Origin: Minisyncoccota bacterium
GTDB lineage: Bacteria > Patescibacteriota > Minisyncoccia > Phycocordibacterales > UBA9973
NCBI GenBank assembly: GCA_041665925.1
Contig: JBAYHW010000002.1
Coordinates: 26,838 to 90,837 of the forward strand
Direction of reading: 5' to 3'
DNA: 64,000 nt
Part shown: in pieces, positions 1 through 7,272 of the stretch
Layout of the letters: each line of letters opens with the position of its first letter
Numbering within the stretch: position 1 is the stretch's first letter
Position numbers and translations under genes: made by a program
The notes under the pieces: generated by a model
What the model was told of the DNA's origin: nothing
Databases searched by the model: none
What the model saw: the letters and a program-made list of their open reading frames with translations, nothing else

Positions 1-306
1 GTATACTCGGCTTTTTTTGATACTTTCTAAATCCGAATCTTTTTCTACTATGAGTAGGGTAGAGGAATCCGTATTTACGTTTCCGCAGATATCACAAAGT
101 TTTTCCGTACCTTTCTCGGCAATAAAAAATCTAAAACATTCTTTACACTGCGCAATTTCTTTTTTTAAATCTAAAATAAGCCCCGATAAATTTTCACTAT
201 AAGCAGGGCTTCTAGACATAAGAAAATACACAAAACGCTTAGCTTGCCTCTCACCAATTCCCGGAAATTCTTTAAAAACTTCTGCTAACTTATCTATAAT
301 ATCCAT
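1..306 (-). CDS. recR: Recombination protein RecR, N-terminal ~102 codons; 3' part lies beyond window start
   Basis: Minus-strand ATG at 306-304. Translation MDIIDKLAEVFKEFPGIGERQAKRFVYFL... has the RecR HhH motif (PGIG), a Cys4 zinc finger (CKEC...CDIC) and the start of the Toprim domain (LLIVEKDSD). Reading frame is open to position 1. Confidence 0.8.
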   Translation of the reverse strand, partial: MDIIDKLAEVFKEFPGIGERQAKRFVYFLMSRSPAYSENLSGLILDLKKEIAQCKECFRFFIAEKGTEKLCDICGNVNTDSSTLLIVEKDSDLESIKKSRVY

Positions 307-308
307 TG

Positions 309-1715
309 TTAAAATTCATCTAATTCTCCTCCTATTTTTGAAGGAGCGAATTCACTCAAGCTACTCTTTTCAAGGTTTAGGAATGTTGTGGTCTTTTCGT
401 CAAAGTACAAATCAATTTTCCCCGTTGGTCCATTTCTGTGTTTTTCAATTAAGATTTCGGCGATATTAGTTTTCTCAGATTCATCTTTTCCTTTATCTTC
501 GCGGTGAATAAACATTACAACGTCAGCATCTTGTTCAATGGACCCGGAGTCTCGCAAGTCTGAAAGGCGAGGTTTCCCTCCGCGAGATTCCACCGCACGA
601 GAAAGCTGAGAGAGGGCGAGGACAGGAACGTCGAGCTCTTTCGCCAGGCTTTTCAATGAGCGAGAAATCTCGGTGACCTGGTTAACCATAGAGTCATAAT
701 TTTTCGAAGTGGTCATCAGCTGTAGATAGTCTACGACAATAAGGTCTACTCCTTTTTCTGCTTTAATTCTGCGGGCTAGAGCTTTCATTCTGACAATAGA
801 GTTCCCGGGCTGGTCATCAATATAAATTTTCGCCTTAGCGAGTTTGTCTAATGAGTCGCGGAGTTGAGAAAATTCTCGGTCTGAAGAAAGGCGTCCAGTG
901 CGCAGATTCCAGGCGTTCACGCGAGACTCAGCTGAAAGCATTCTGTCTACTAGTTGCTGAGAAGACATTTCCAAAGAAAAAATTAAAACAGATTTCTCGT
1001 GAGTCGTAGAGGCCATTCGGGCAATATCAAGGGCTAGGGTAGTCTTACCCATTGATGGTCTTGCCGCAAGTATTATTAAGTCAGATTTCTGTAGACCTGA
1101 GAGCATAGTATCTAATTCTTTGAATCCTGTCGGTAGTCCGCGGAGCATTCCTTTATTCTCGTGAAGTTTTTCCATGCGCTCATAAGCCTCCGGCAAAGCG
1201 TCCTTGAGATTTACATATTTTTGATTTTTTGGACTGGAAACAACATGAAAAATTTTCTTCTCGGCCATATCTAGAATATCATCCATATGGTCATCGCCTT
1301 CTTCGAAGGCGAGCTCAGACACATAGTCTGCGGCTTCAATCAAACTTCGGAGGACATATTTCTTCTGGACAATATCAGCGTAATGTTTAACATTTGTAGA
1401 AGAGGGAACGACGTTTACAATCTCAGCCAGATATTGGTTGCCACCGATGGCGCTTAATAACTTTTGTTCACTAAGTTTAGTAGAAAGGGAGAGCATATCT
1501 ATCGGTTCGTTCTTTACCGAGAGGTCTAGCATAGCTCTGAAAATAATCTTGTGTTTTTCCACATAGAAAGATTCTGGAGTTACCATGTCTTCCACTTCAT
1601 GCATTGCGTCTTTGCGGAGCATAATTGACCCCAGAACTGCTTGTTCAGATGGGATGCTCTGTGGAGGGATGCGGAGATTAGCGTTTTTTGTAGTGCCCTT
1701 TTTTGTGATTACCAT
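309..1715 (-). CDS. dnaB: Replicative DNA helicase DnaB
   Basis: 468 aa. N-terminal PPQSIPSEQAVLGSIML matches the DnaB N-terminus. Walker A is ARPSMGKTTLALDIA, and the RecA-like C-domain motifs are present. Confidence 0.93.
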   Translation of the reverse strand: MVITKKGTTKNANLRIPPQSIPSEQAVLGSIMLRKDAMHEVEDMVTPESFYVEKHKIIFRAMLDLSVKNEPIDMLSLSTKLSEQKLLSAIGGNQYLAEIVNVVPSSTNVKHYADIVQKKYVLRSLIEAADYVSELAFEEGDDHMDDILDMAEKKIFHVVSSPKNQKYVNLKDALPEAYERMEKLHENKGMLRGLPTGFKELDTMLSGLQKSDLIILAARPSMGKTTLALDIARMASTTHEKSVLIFSLEMSSQQLVDRMLSAESRVNAWNLRTGRLSSDREFSQLRDSLDKLAKAKIYIDDQPGNSIVRMKALARRIKAEKGVDLIVVDYLQLMTTSKNYDSMVNQVTEISRSLKSLAKELDVPVLALSQLSRAVESRGGKPRLSDLRDSGSIEQDADVVMFIHREDKGKDESEKTNIAEILIEKHRNGPTGKIDLYFDEKTTTFLNLEKSSLSEFAPSKIGGELDEF

Positions 1716-1806
1716 AGAGCCATTCTAGCACAAGAGAACTATTGTCAAAGTGTTCAAGTGCGTAAAACTGTTATTAAAATGTGGAGAATTATGATAATAT
1801 ATTTGT

Positions 1807-2763
1807 ATGTCAAAAAAAGTAATTTTGTCAGGGATTCAGCCTTCTGGTAGGCCCCATATTGGGAACTATTTCGGAATGATGAAGCAACTCCTAGCCGAGC
1901 AGGAAGATTATGAAGTTTATGTGCTCATAGTGGACTATCATGCAATGAAGTCGGTACGTAGCGCAAAGGAGATGAAAGAAAACATTACTAATGTTGTGCT
2001 AGATTATTTAGCTCTTGGGCTTAATCCAGAGAAGGTTACATTTTTTAAGCAGAGTGATGTATCTGAACATACAGAGCTTTGTTGGATTTTCGATACCATT
2101 ACGACAATGCCATATCTGATGCGAGCGCACGCGTTTAAAGATGCCGAAGCCAAGAATAAAGAAATTGATGTCGGGACATTTAATTATCCGATGCTTATGG
2201 CTGCTGACATTTTATTATATAGTCCAGACATTATTCCAGTCGGCGCTGATCAAAAACAACACATTGAGATAGCTCGAGATACAGCAGAGAAATTTAATCG
2301 CACATTCGGAGAGACATTTAAACTGCCGGAAGCTATGATTATGAAAGATGTTGCCGTGGTGCCGGGCACAGATGGACGCAAGATGAGCAAGAGTTACAAC
2401 AACACCATCCCACTTTTTGCCGAGTATGAAGAAATTAAAAAGTGCGTGATGAGTATTGTCACGGACTCTGATGGAAGTTTTCCAAAAAACGTTTTTGCTA
2501 TACATATGCTTCTTCCTTTTTATTCAAATAATGAGTTGAGTAAAATTTATGAAGAACACCCTCGAGAGTATAAATTTTTAAAAGAGTTACTCATAGAAGA
2601 TTTAGAGAAATTTATTGCTCCGCTTCGTGAAAATAGAAAAGAATTTGAAAAAGATATCCCCAAAGCGCTTGCCATACTTAAAGCAGGAGGAGAAAAGGCT
2701 AAAAAGGTAGCAGAAGCGAAAATGGACGAAATTCGAGAGAAAATCGGGGTAAAGGTTTACTAA
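1807..2763 (+). CDS. trpS: Tryptophanyl-tRNA synthetase
   Basis: 318 aa. N-terminal SGIQPSGRPHIGNY is the class I HIGH-type motif. KMSKS motif is present (GRKMSKSYNN). Confidence 0.92.
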   Translation: MSKKVILSGIQPSGRPHIGNYFGMMKQLLAEQEDYEVYVLIVDYHAMKSVRSAKEMKENITNVVLDYLALGLNPEKVTFFKQSDVSEHTELCWIFDTITTMPYLMRAHAFKDAEAKNKEIDVGTFNYPMLMAADILLYSPDIIPVGADQKQHIEIARDTAEKFNRTFGETFKLPEAMIMKDVAVVPGTDGRKMSKSYNNTIPLFAEYEEIKKCVMSIVTDSDGSFPKNVFAIHMLLPFYSNNELSKIYEEHPREYKFLKELLIEDLEKFIAPLRENRKEFEKDIPKALAILKAGGEKAKKVAEAKMDEIREKIGVKVY

Positions 2764-2770
2764 GGTTTCT

Positions 2771-3067
2771 ATGGAAAAGAAAAATCCTAAAATACTAGAA
2801 TACAAAAAAGAACTTCTGGAAGTTTTTTCAAGTATTAAGGGCGATAAAAAGCTAATGGCAGAATTTTTAATAGATATTTTGACACCCGCAGAGTTCGATG
2901 ACCTGGCCCTCAGGTGGCAGTTAGTAAAAAGATTGTATAAAGGAGATACCCATAGAGCTGTAGCAGGGGAGTTGGGTTTGGGTTTAGGGAAAGTCATGAG
3001 AGGATCTAGAGAACTTCGTAATAAAAAAGGGGGGTTTAATCTAATTCTTAAAAAACTAAGTAAGTAA
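2771..3067 (+). CDS. YerC/YecD-family (TrpR-like) helix-turn-helix protein
   Basis: 98 aa. DILTPAEFDDLALRWQLVKRL...GDTHRAVAGELGLGLGKVMRGSRELRN...GGFNLILKKL matches the conserved TrpR/YerC-YecD pattern (LLTP.E...L..R, TG.S..TI.R, GG[YF].L.L). It starts 8 nt after trpS and is probably co-transcribed. Confidence 0.7.
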   Translation: MEKKNPKILEYKKELLEVFSSIKGDKKLMAEFLIDILTPAEFDDLALRWQLVKRLYKGDTHRAVAGELGLGLGKVMRGSRELRNKKGGFNLILKKLSK

Positions 3068-3099
3068 ACACGGTACAGAGATTTAAAAGTTATCCCCAG

Positions 3100-3144
3100 A
3101 TGCAATTTGCATTATTTTTTTGTCCTGCTACTATGTACTAGTAC
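3100..3144. promoter_or_regulatory. Operator-like palindromes: ATGCAA-T-TTGCAT (3100-3112) and GTACTAGTAC (3135-3144), with flanking GGTACAGA direct repeats
   Basis: Perfect 6+1+6 and 10-bp palindromes read directly from the sequence. GTACTAGTAC contains the ACTAGT half-site of the classical E. coli TrpR operator (GTACTAGTTAACTAGTAC). They lie immediately downstream of the trpS / TrpR-like pair. Confidence 0.35.
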
Positions 3145-3309
3145 ATGGGTACAGACTAAAAAGATAGATTAGGTACACATGTGACGACAATTATGAAAGA
3201 CAATAATAAAACAAATAAATTAACTAAATCATGGTGGGGTGGAGAGCTTATAGCTTTTGCGCTGTTCCGTTGATTTCTTTTCTCCTAATTTTCAAACAAG
3301 AAATTTACC

Positions 3310-3338
3310 AAATGGCGCACAAGCGCCATTTGTTCTTT
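3310..3338 (+). terminator. Putative intrinsic terminator: 9-bp perfect stem AAATGGCGC/GCGCCATTT, loop ACAA, then TTGTTCTTT
   Basis: Inverted repeat and downstream T-rich tract seen in sequence. It lies ~240 nt downstream of the TrpR-like gene stop. Confidence 0.35.
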
Positions 3339-3374
3339 ATGCCACCTCTAATAATAACTGAAAGGACCAGTGCC

Positions 3375-3548
3375 ATGGATGACAAAAGATCGGAAAATGT
3401 ATACACAGAACAGATGAAAGATGCACAAGAACTCATTTCCAAAGCCAGTGAAGCTCTGGGTGAGTTCAAATTTCGTACCGCATCCACTCTACTCAAACAA
3501 GCGACCGAACAGGTCGATGCACTGTGGGTAGACAAAACTTACTGGTAG
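3375..3548 (+). CDS. Hypothetical small protein (57 aa)
   Basis: Internal ATG of the 3231-3548 ORF, with AAAGGA upstream. The upstream part of the longer ORF looks non-protein-like. No recognisable family. Confidence 0.3.
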   Translation: MDDKRSENVYTEQMKDAQELISKASEALGEFKFRTASTLLKQATEQVDALWVDKTYW

Positions 3549-3579
3549 TTATTTTAGAAATAGAAGGGAGGTGATCCAG

Positions 3580-3609
3580 ATGTCTCTTTGGGATGACTGG
3601 TGGCAGTAG
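3580..3609 (+). CDS. Mini-ORF MSLWDDWWQ (9 codons, 3 Trp): candidate leader peptide
   Basis: Strong SD GGGAGGTGA 5 nt upstream of the ATG. Three Trp codons in nine. Followed 40 nt downstream by an intrinsic terminator. Confidence 0.3.
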   Translation: MSLWDDWWQ

Positions 3610-3647
3610 GAGCCTGATGGTAGCGGAAGTGGCTCCACCGCATCGCT

Positions 3648-3681
3648 GGTCCCGACGTAAAAATCGGGGCCATTTTTATTT
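3648..3681 (+). terminator. Intrinsic terminator: stem GGTCCCGA/TCGGGGCC (8 bp, one G-U), loop CGTAAAAA, then ATTTTTATTT
   Basis: Hairpin plus U-tract seen in sequence, directly after the Trp-rich mini-ORF. Confidence 0.5.
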
Positions 3682-3734
3682 CAGAGTAGTAGTATGATAG
3701 TATTGGGGCATTAATCAAGTTTTCCACAGGTCTA

Positions 3735-3762
3735 TTGCATTTGGTTTTTGGTATGTTATAAT
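3735..3762 (+). promoter_or_regulatory. Sigma-70-like promoter: TTGCAT (-35), 16 nt spacer, TATAAT (-10)
   Basis: Near-consensus hexamers with near-optimal spacing, upstream of the small Cys/His ORF and the GC-rich island. Confidence 0.45.
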
Positions 3763-3994
3763 ACACATGTAATGAAAATTTCACAGCGTAACAACTTTTT
3801 CTTTTTTAACTTTAGCCCTAACCTTAGAGGTCAGATATTTGCGCTGTAAAAAAGAACTTAAACAAAAACTTACAACTCAAACACCTGCCCTCTAAGGGGT
3901 GGGTGTTTTCGTTTCTGCGTGTGGCAGGAGCGAAAGGGTAAAGGGGCTACCTATCATAAAGTCCTTAATGAGTTGTTCTTTGGGAGAAATAGCC

Positions 3995-4168
3995 ATGTTT
4001 GATATCTCCACCCAAGTTGAGTGCCGCGAATGCGGCGCGAAGTTCGATCCGTTTTTCGGGCATAACTGCCCGAAGCAGAACAGCGTTGCCGTGGCGCCGA
4101 CAGCGTCGCGACGGGAACGAATCAGCTCGGATTTCCCCGACACAGGGACGTCCAACTGGTCGAAGTAA
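3995..4168 (+). CDS. Small Cys/His-containing protein (57 aa), possible zinc-ribbon
   Basis: SD GGGAGA 7 nt upstream of the ATG. MFDISTQVECRECGAKFDPFFGHNCPKQ... has CxxC...H..C. GC-rich. Flanked by its own promoter and terminator. Confidence 0.4.
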   Translation: MFDISTQVECRECGAKFDPFFGHNCPKQNSVAVAPTASRRERISSDFPDTGTSNWSK

Positions 4169-4194
4169 TTATTCGACCAGATCACAAGGAAGGA

Positions 4195-4236
4195 GGGGGC
4201 GAAGTCTTAACCGACAAGCCCCCACCCCTTTTTCTT
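4195..4236 (+). terminator. Intrinsic terminator: stem GGGGGC/GCCCCC, then ACCCC and a T-run
   Basis: Hairpin and T-tract seen in sequence, directly downstream of the small ORF's stop codon. Confidence 0.45.
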
Positions 4237-4353
4237 AAAAAATATATGAAAAATAAAATTTTAAAATATAATAATTTTTTCTTCAGCGTCAGGATTTACC
4301 CCGAGAGCTGATTTTTGCGTTTAAAAATATCCTAACAAAATATTTTAAAAACA

Positions 4354-4380
4354 AACACCAGCTCTCGTAGAGCTGGTGTT
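4354..4380. promoter_or_regulatory. Perfect 11-12 bp hairpin AACACCAGCTCT / AGAGCTGGTGTT
   Basis: Perfect inverted repeat with a 3-5 nt loop and no following U-tract, ~90 nt upstream of the fusion gene start. It could be a regulatory or processing stem-loop. Confidence 0.3.
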
Positions 4381-4467
4381 CCCGTTTAGCGGGGACATTG
4401 ATCTTTGACAAGTGAATAGTTGTTCTTTTTACGTTGGGGTCAAATCCAAAGAAAGGAGGTGAAGAAA

Positions 4468-6039
4468 ATGAATCCTACAGAAGTTAAAATTGTCATGGAG
4501 ACAATCAAAAAGTCTCTAGGCAACGGCGAGGATGGCTATAACCTGGCGGCACTTCTAAGAAGTGCAATCCAGAAGAAGGTCGCAGAGCTTGAAAAAGAAC
4601 GAAAAGAGAGGGGGGAAGAGGAAATTCAAAGGAAACTCGCTCTCCCTATTCAGCGGGCGGACAAACTTCTTTCTTCTGTTCCACGCCTAGTACTGGAAGA
4701 GATAGACAGTTACACCCGAAGTCATAAATGGGGCGAGCTGTCAGTCTCAGCCCAGCAGAAGTTGCATGAACTGGGCGTTCTCGATCTGTGGGCGAAACGC
4801 CGGACTTACGGACCGGATGGTGGAGAGAAACCTTCAGTCAGCTGGTTTGAACCATTCGGGAAAGCTCTGAAAAATCTCATCTGTAACAAGGTAGATGAGT
4901 TGCGTCGAAGTGACGCAGAGGCCACAGAGGCAGCTCGACAAGCTAGGTTGCAGCCAGCCCAAGAGCTTTTGAATGAGCTTTTAGCAAAGTCCGTCAGGCT
5001 TTCGCTCGAAGATGCAAAAGCTTGTAAGGAGGCGCTGGAGAAGTGGATCGAGGACAATGCCTACCGGCCGTACAGTGGTGGCGGCGGGGGTGGGAGTGGT
5101 TGTGTGGTTTCTGATTCGCAAGAGCCGTTCTTGCGAGGGCGATGGGGCCCGCCTATGAAGTGGCCCCCAACAAATTTTTCGGAGAGACAAATGAATCCGA
5201 TCAAAATCGCAGTGGTGGGATTCGGGGATTTCGGTTCCCGATTCGTTAGGTGGCTCCGGAAAGCGAGAGTCGGTGTCGAAACCATCGCGGTGGTAGACCC
5301 GATTCCTGGGAAAATCTGGGGCCCCGCGGGCGTTCTCGTGAGCCCCAGCATCCACGCAATCTCGCAGCGGGTCCTTTCACAGGTGCAGGTCTTCGTCGAT
5401 TGCACTTCCAAAGGGCAAGGCAAGGAGAATCTTGGTCTGTACCAAGCGCTCGGCAGACCGGCCGTGTTTCAAAACGGCGAAGACCGAGCGCTGTGTCAGT
5501 TGTTCCGCGCGGGCTCGACATTTCTTGCGGGAGCGCCGTACCTCCGCATCCCGCAGTGCTCGGCGCTGGCGACAATGAGTGTGTTTGAAGCGCTTCATCC
5601 GCTTCTCGACATTCGTTCCGTCTACACGCTCCATGCCAAGATCAACAACAAAGACAAAATGCTCGGCCTGGGCGACAAGTCTGCGGCCGACATCACCACG
5701 CTCGCAGAGATTCCGGCGGTCGTTGACGTGTGGTACTTGCGAGAGAAGCCGAAGCAGGGCCGCACGCAGTACGTCTACCACGGCAATCTGCACTTTCAGT
5801 GTGGGGGTGCAATTCCGTCGGCGGATCGCATTCGGAAAGCGCTCATGGCGTCCCGTGTGCCACTGTGTACGCAGGAGCTCGACTCGCTGATTTCACCACG
5901 TCTCACGCAGACGCACGTGGTCGCGGAGAGCATTTCGGTTCAGGGAAACAGCGTTCGCATGAACGTGATTTCCTGGACACCGGAAGTGAACTTTCCACAA
6001 AACCTGGCCGCAATCAAATTGCTGGCCAAAGTTCTTTAA
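4468..6039 (+). CDS. Fusion protein: unknown coiled-coil N-domain + poly-Gly linker + archaeal type-II GAPDH-like NAD(P)-binding dehydrogenase domain
   Basis: Strong SD AAAGGAGGTG 8 nt upstream of ATG 4468 (the track ORF starts at 4420). C-terminal half has IAVVGFGDFGSR (Rossmann), VFVDCTSKGQGKENLGLYQALGRPAVFQNGED (archaeal GAPDH signature DCTP.G.G..N...Y...G..A.FQGGE) and a conserved Cys in RIPQCSAL at the position of catalytic SCNTT. N-terminal ~230 aa has no recognisable family. Linker is SGGGGGGSG. GC is ~58% against a ~35% background. Confidence 0.6.
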   Translation: MNPTEVKIVMETIKKSLGNGEDGYNLAALLRSAIQKKVAELEKERKERGEEEIQRKLALPIQRADKLLSSVPRLVLEEIDSYTRSHKWGELSVSAQQKLHELGVLDLWAKRRTYGPDGGEKPSVSWFEPFGKALKNLICNKVDELRRSDAEATEAARQARLQPAQELLNELLAKSVRLSLEDAKACKEALEKWIEDNAYRPYSGGGGGGSGCVVSDSQEPFLRGRWGPPMKWPPTNFSERQMNPIKIAVVGFGDFGSRFVRWLRKARVGVETIAVVDPIPGKIWGPAGVLVSPSIHAISQRVLSQVQVFVDCTSKGQGKENLGLYQALGRPAVFQNGEDRALCQLFRAGSTFLAGAPYLRIPQCSALATMSVFEALHPLLDIRSVYTLHAKINNKDKMLGLGDKSAADITTLAEIPAVVDVWYLREKPKQGRTQYVYHGNLHFQCGGAIPSADRIRKALMASRVPLCTQELDSLISPRLTQTHVVAESISVQGNSVRMNVISWTPEVNFPQNLAAIKLLAKVL

Positions 6040-6160
6040 CGCAAAGCTTGCCGGCGGAATTGGCAGGTAATTACAAAGAAAGGGGCAGTCTCAAATCAAA
6101 TCATCGAGACGTAAGACCCCTTTTTCTTTTTCATTATTTTTATGCTAAAATGCCATCACA

Positions 6161-7177
6161 ATGCCGAACGCAAGTCATATTAATTTAAACCCTTACCCAC
6201 TAATGCTTTATGGCAGTCCGAGTGGAGTCAAGCATAGTCTAGTCGTTAAGGTTGCGAAGTTGTTGAAAAAACCTCTTTCCCCCTCTACTTATAAAGAATT
6301 TAAAGACGGTTCATTTTTGGTTCATCACAATGATTCAGTTCGAGATCGTGACGTTTATTTAATTCTACAACCTCGCTTTGGTAACAGAGAAATTCTTTCC
6401 TATGATTTAGACGAATGCGAATCTATGGTTTTGGCGCTAAAGCAAGGAGAGCCAAGTCGTATTACAGTCGTTATCCCATGTCTGCCATATTCAAGGCAAG
6501 ACAGAGGGTCTAATCACCGAGAGCCTGTACTAGTGCAAAAAGTTCCTATGCGTCTTCAGATGGCTGGGGCACACCGTCTCGTAACACTCCGACTACACAA
6601 TCCAGCGAGCTATAATGCCCATCCTTCTACGATACCTATTGTCGATGTGAATGTAGACGACCTTCTGGTAAAACATATTCGTTCAAAAAAGTTTGATCTA
6701 AAAAAATTTAAAATAGTCGCCCCAGACTTAGGCGCTGCTCCTTCGTGCAGAAAGCTTGCTCGCGAGCTCGGTATCCCAGAAAATATAATTATCATAAATA
6801 AGGTGCGTGATCCGAAAAAAGCAAACCACAATGAAGTCATGGAAGTGATAGGAGATGCAAAAGGTTTTAACTGCATTATTCCTGACGACATGGCCGATAC
6901 GTGCGGTACGGCTATAAAATCACTTTATGCGCTAAAAGAAAATGGAGCCAAGGATGTATATTTTACAGCGACGCACGCTGTTCTGTCTGGGACAGCTGTA
7001 CAGGATTTAAATAAGGCTCCGTTTGCCGGTATTTGGTTTACAGATTCTTGCATAGAAGGGGAAAAAGGGAAAATAAAAAATCTTGAAATAATCTCTACTG
7101 CGAAACTAATCGCAAAGATCATTGATAATTTACATAATGGCAAGTCAGTCACCGAACTTTGGCATAATGGAAAATAA
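6161..7177 (+). CDS. prs: Ribose-phosphate pyrophosphokinase (PRPP synthetase)
   Basis: 338 aa. LPYSRQDR (ribose-5-P binding loop) and IPDDMADTCGT (PRPP-binding motif DDM.DTGGT) are present. Overall collinear with Prs. Confidence 0.8.
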   Translation: MPNASHINLNPYPLMLYGSPSGVKHSLVVKVAKLLKKPLSPSTYKEFKDGSFLVHHNDSVRDRDVYLILQPRFGNREILSYDLDECESMVLALKQGEPSRITVVIPCLPYSRQDRGSNHREPVLVQKVPMRLQMAGAHRLVTLRLHNPASYNAHPSTIPIVDVNVDDLLVKHIRSKKFDLKKFKIVAPDLGAAPSCRKLARELGIPENIIIINKVRDPKKANHNEVMEVIGDAKGFNCIIPDDMADTCGTAIKSLYALKENGAKDVYFTATHAVLSGTAVQDLNKAPFAGIWFTDSCIEGEKGKIKNLEIISTAKLIAKIIDNLHNGKSVTELWHNGK

Positions 7178-7272
7178 AATTTTTGTGTTAAAATATATTT
7201 TATACCTGTCCCGTTAGAAAATCAACGGACTTGTATAAAAAAGGAAGTTTATTATTTTAATTTTTTAATGGG

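Noticed and set aside
17-202. 61-aa plus-strand ORF at the window start.
   Set aside because: It is antisense to the clearly recognisable recR N-terminal coding region.
2602-3105. 167-aa minus-strand ORF across the trpS 3' end and the TrpR-like gene.
   Set aside because: It is antisense to two well-supported genes and has a low-complexity translation.
3897-4231. Possible structured RNA gene (RNase P RNA, tmRNA, SRP RNA or 6S) in the GC-rich non-coding stretch.
   Set aside because: None of the universal motifs are present: P4 AGGAAAGTCCGGGC for RNase P, GGGGCUGAUUCUGGAUUCGAC/ACCA ends for tmRNA, or the SRP domain IV GGAAGCAGC loop. It is kept only as an unspecific candidate cis-RNA.
4420-4467. 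Track start codon for the fusion ORF (MFFLRWGQIQRKEVKK...).
   Set aside because: A strong SD (AAAGGAGGTG) sits inside this stretch, 8 nt upstream of ATG 4468. The upstream 16 codons have no RBS of their own.
4806-5890. Cluster of overlapping ORFs on both strands (83-138 aa) inside the 4468-6039 gene.
   Set aside because: They lie entirely within the high-GC fusion gene, where stop codons are rare in all frames. They have no RBS and no motifs, and are best explained as compositional artefacts.
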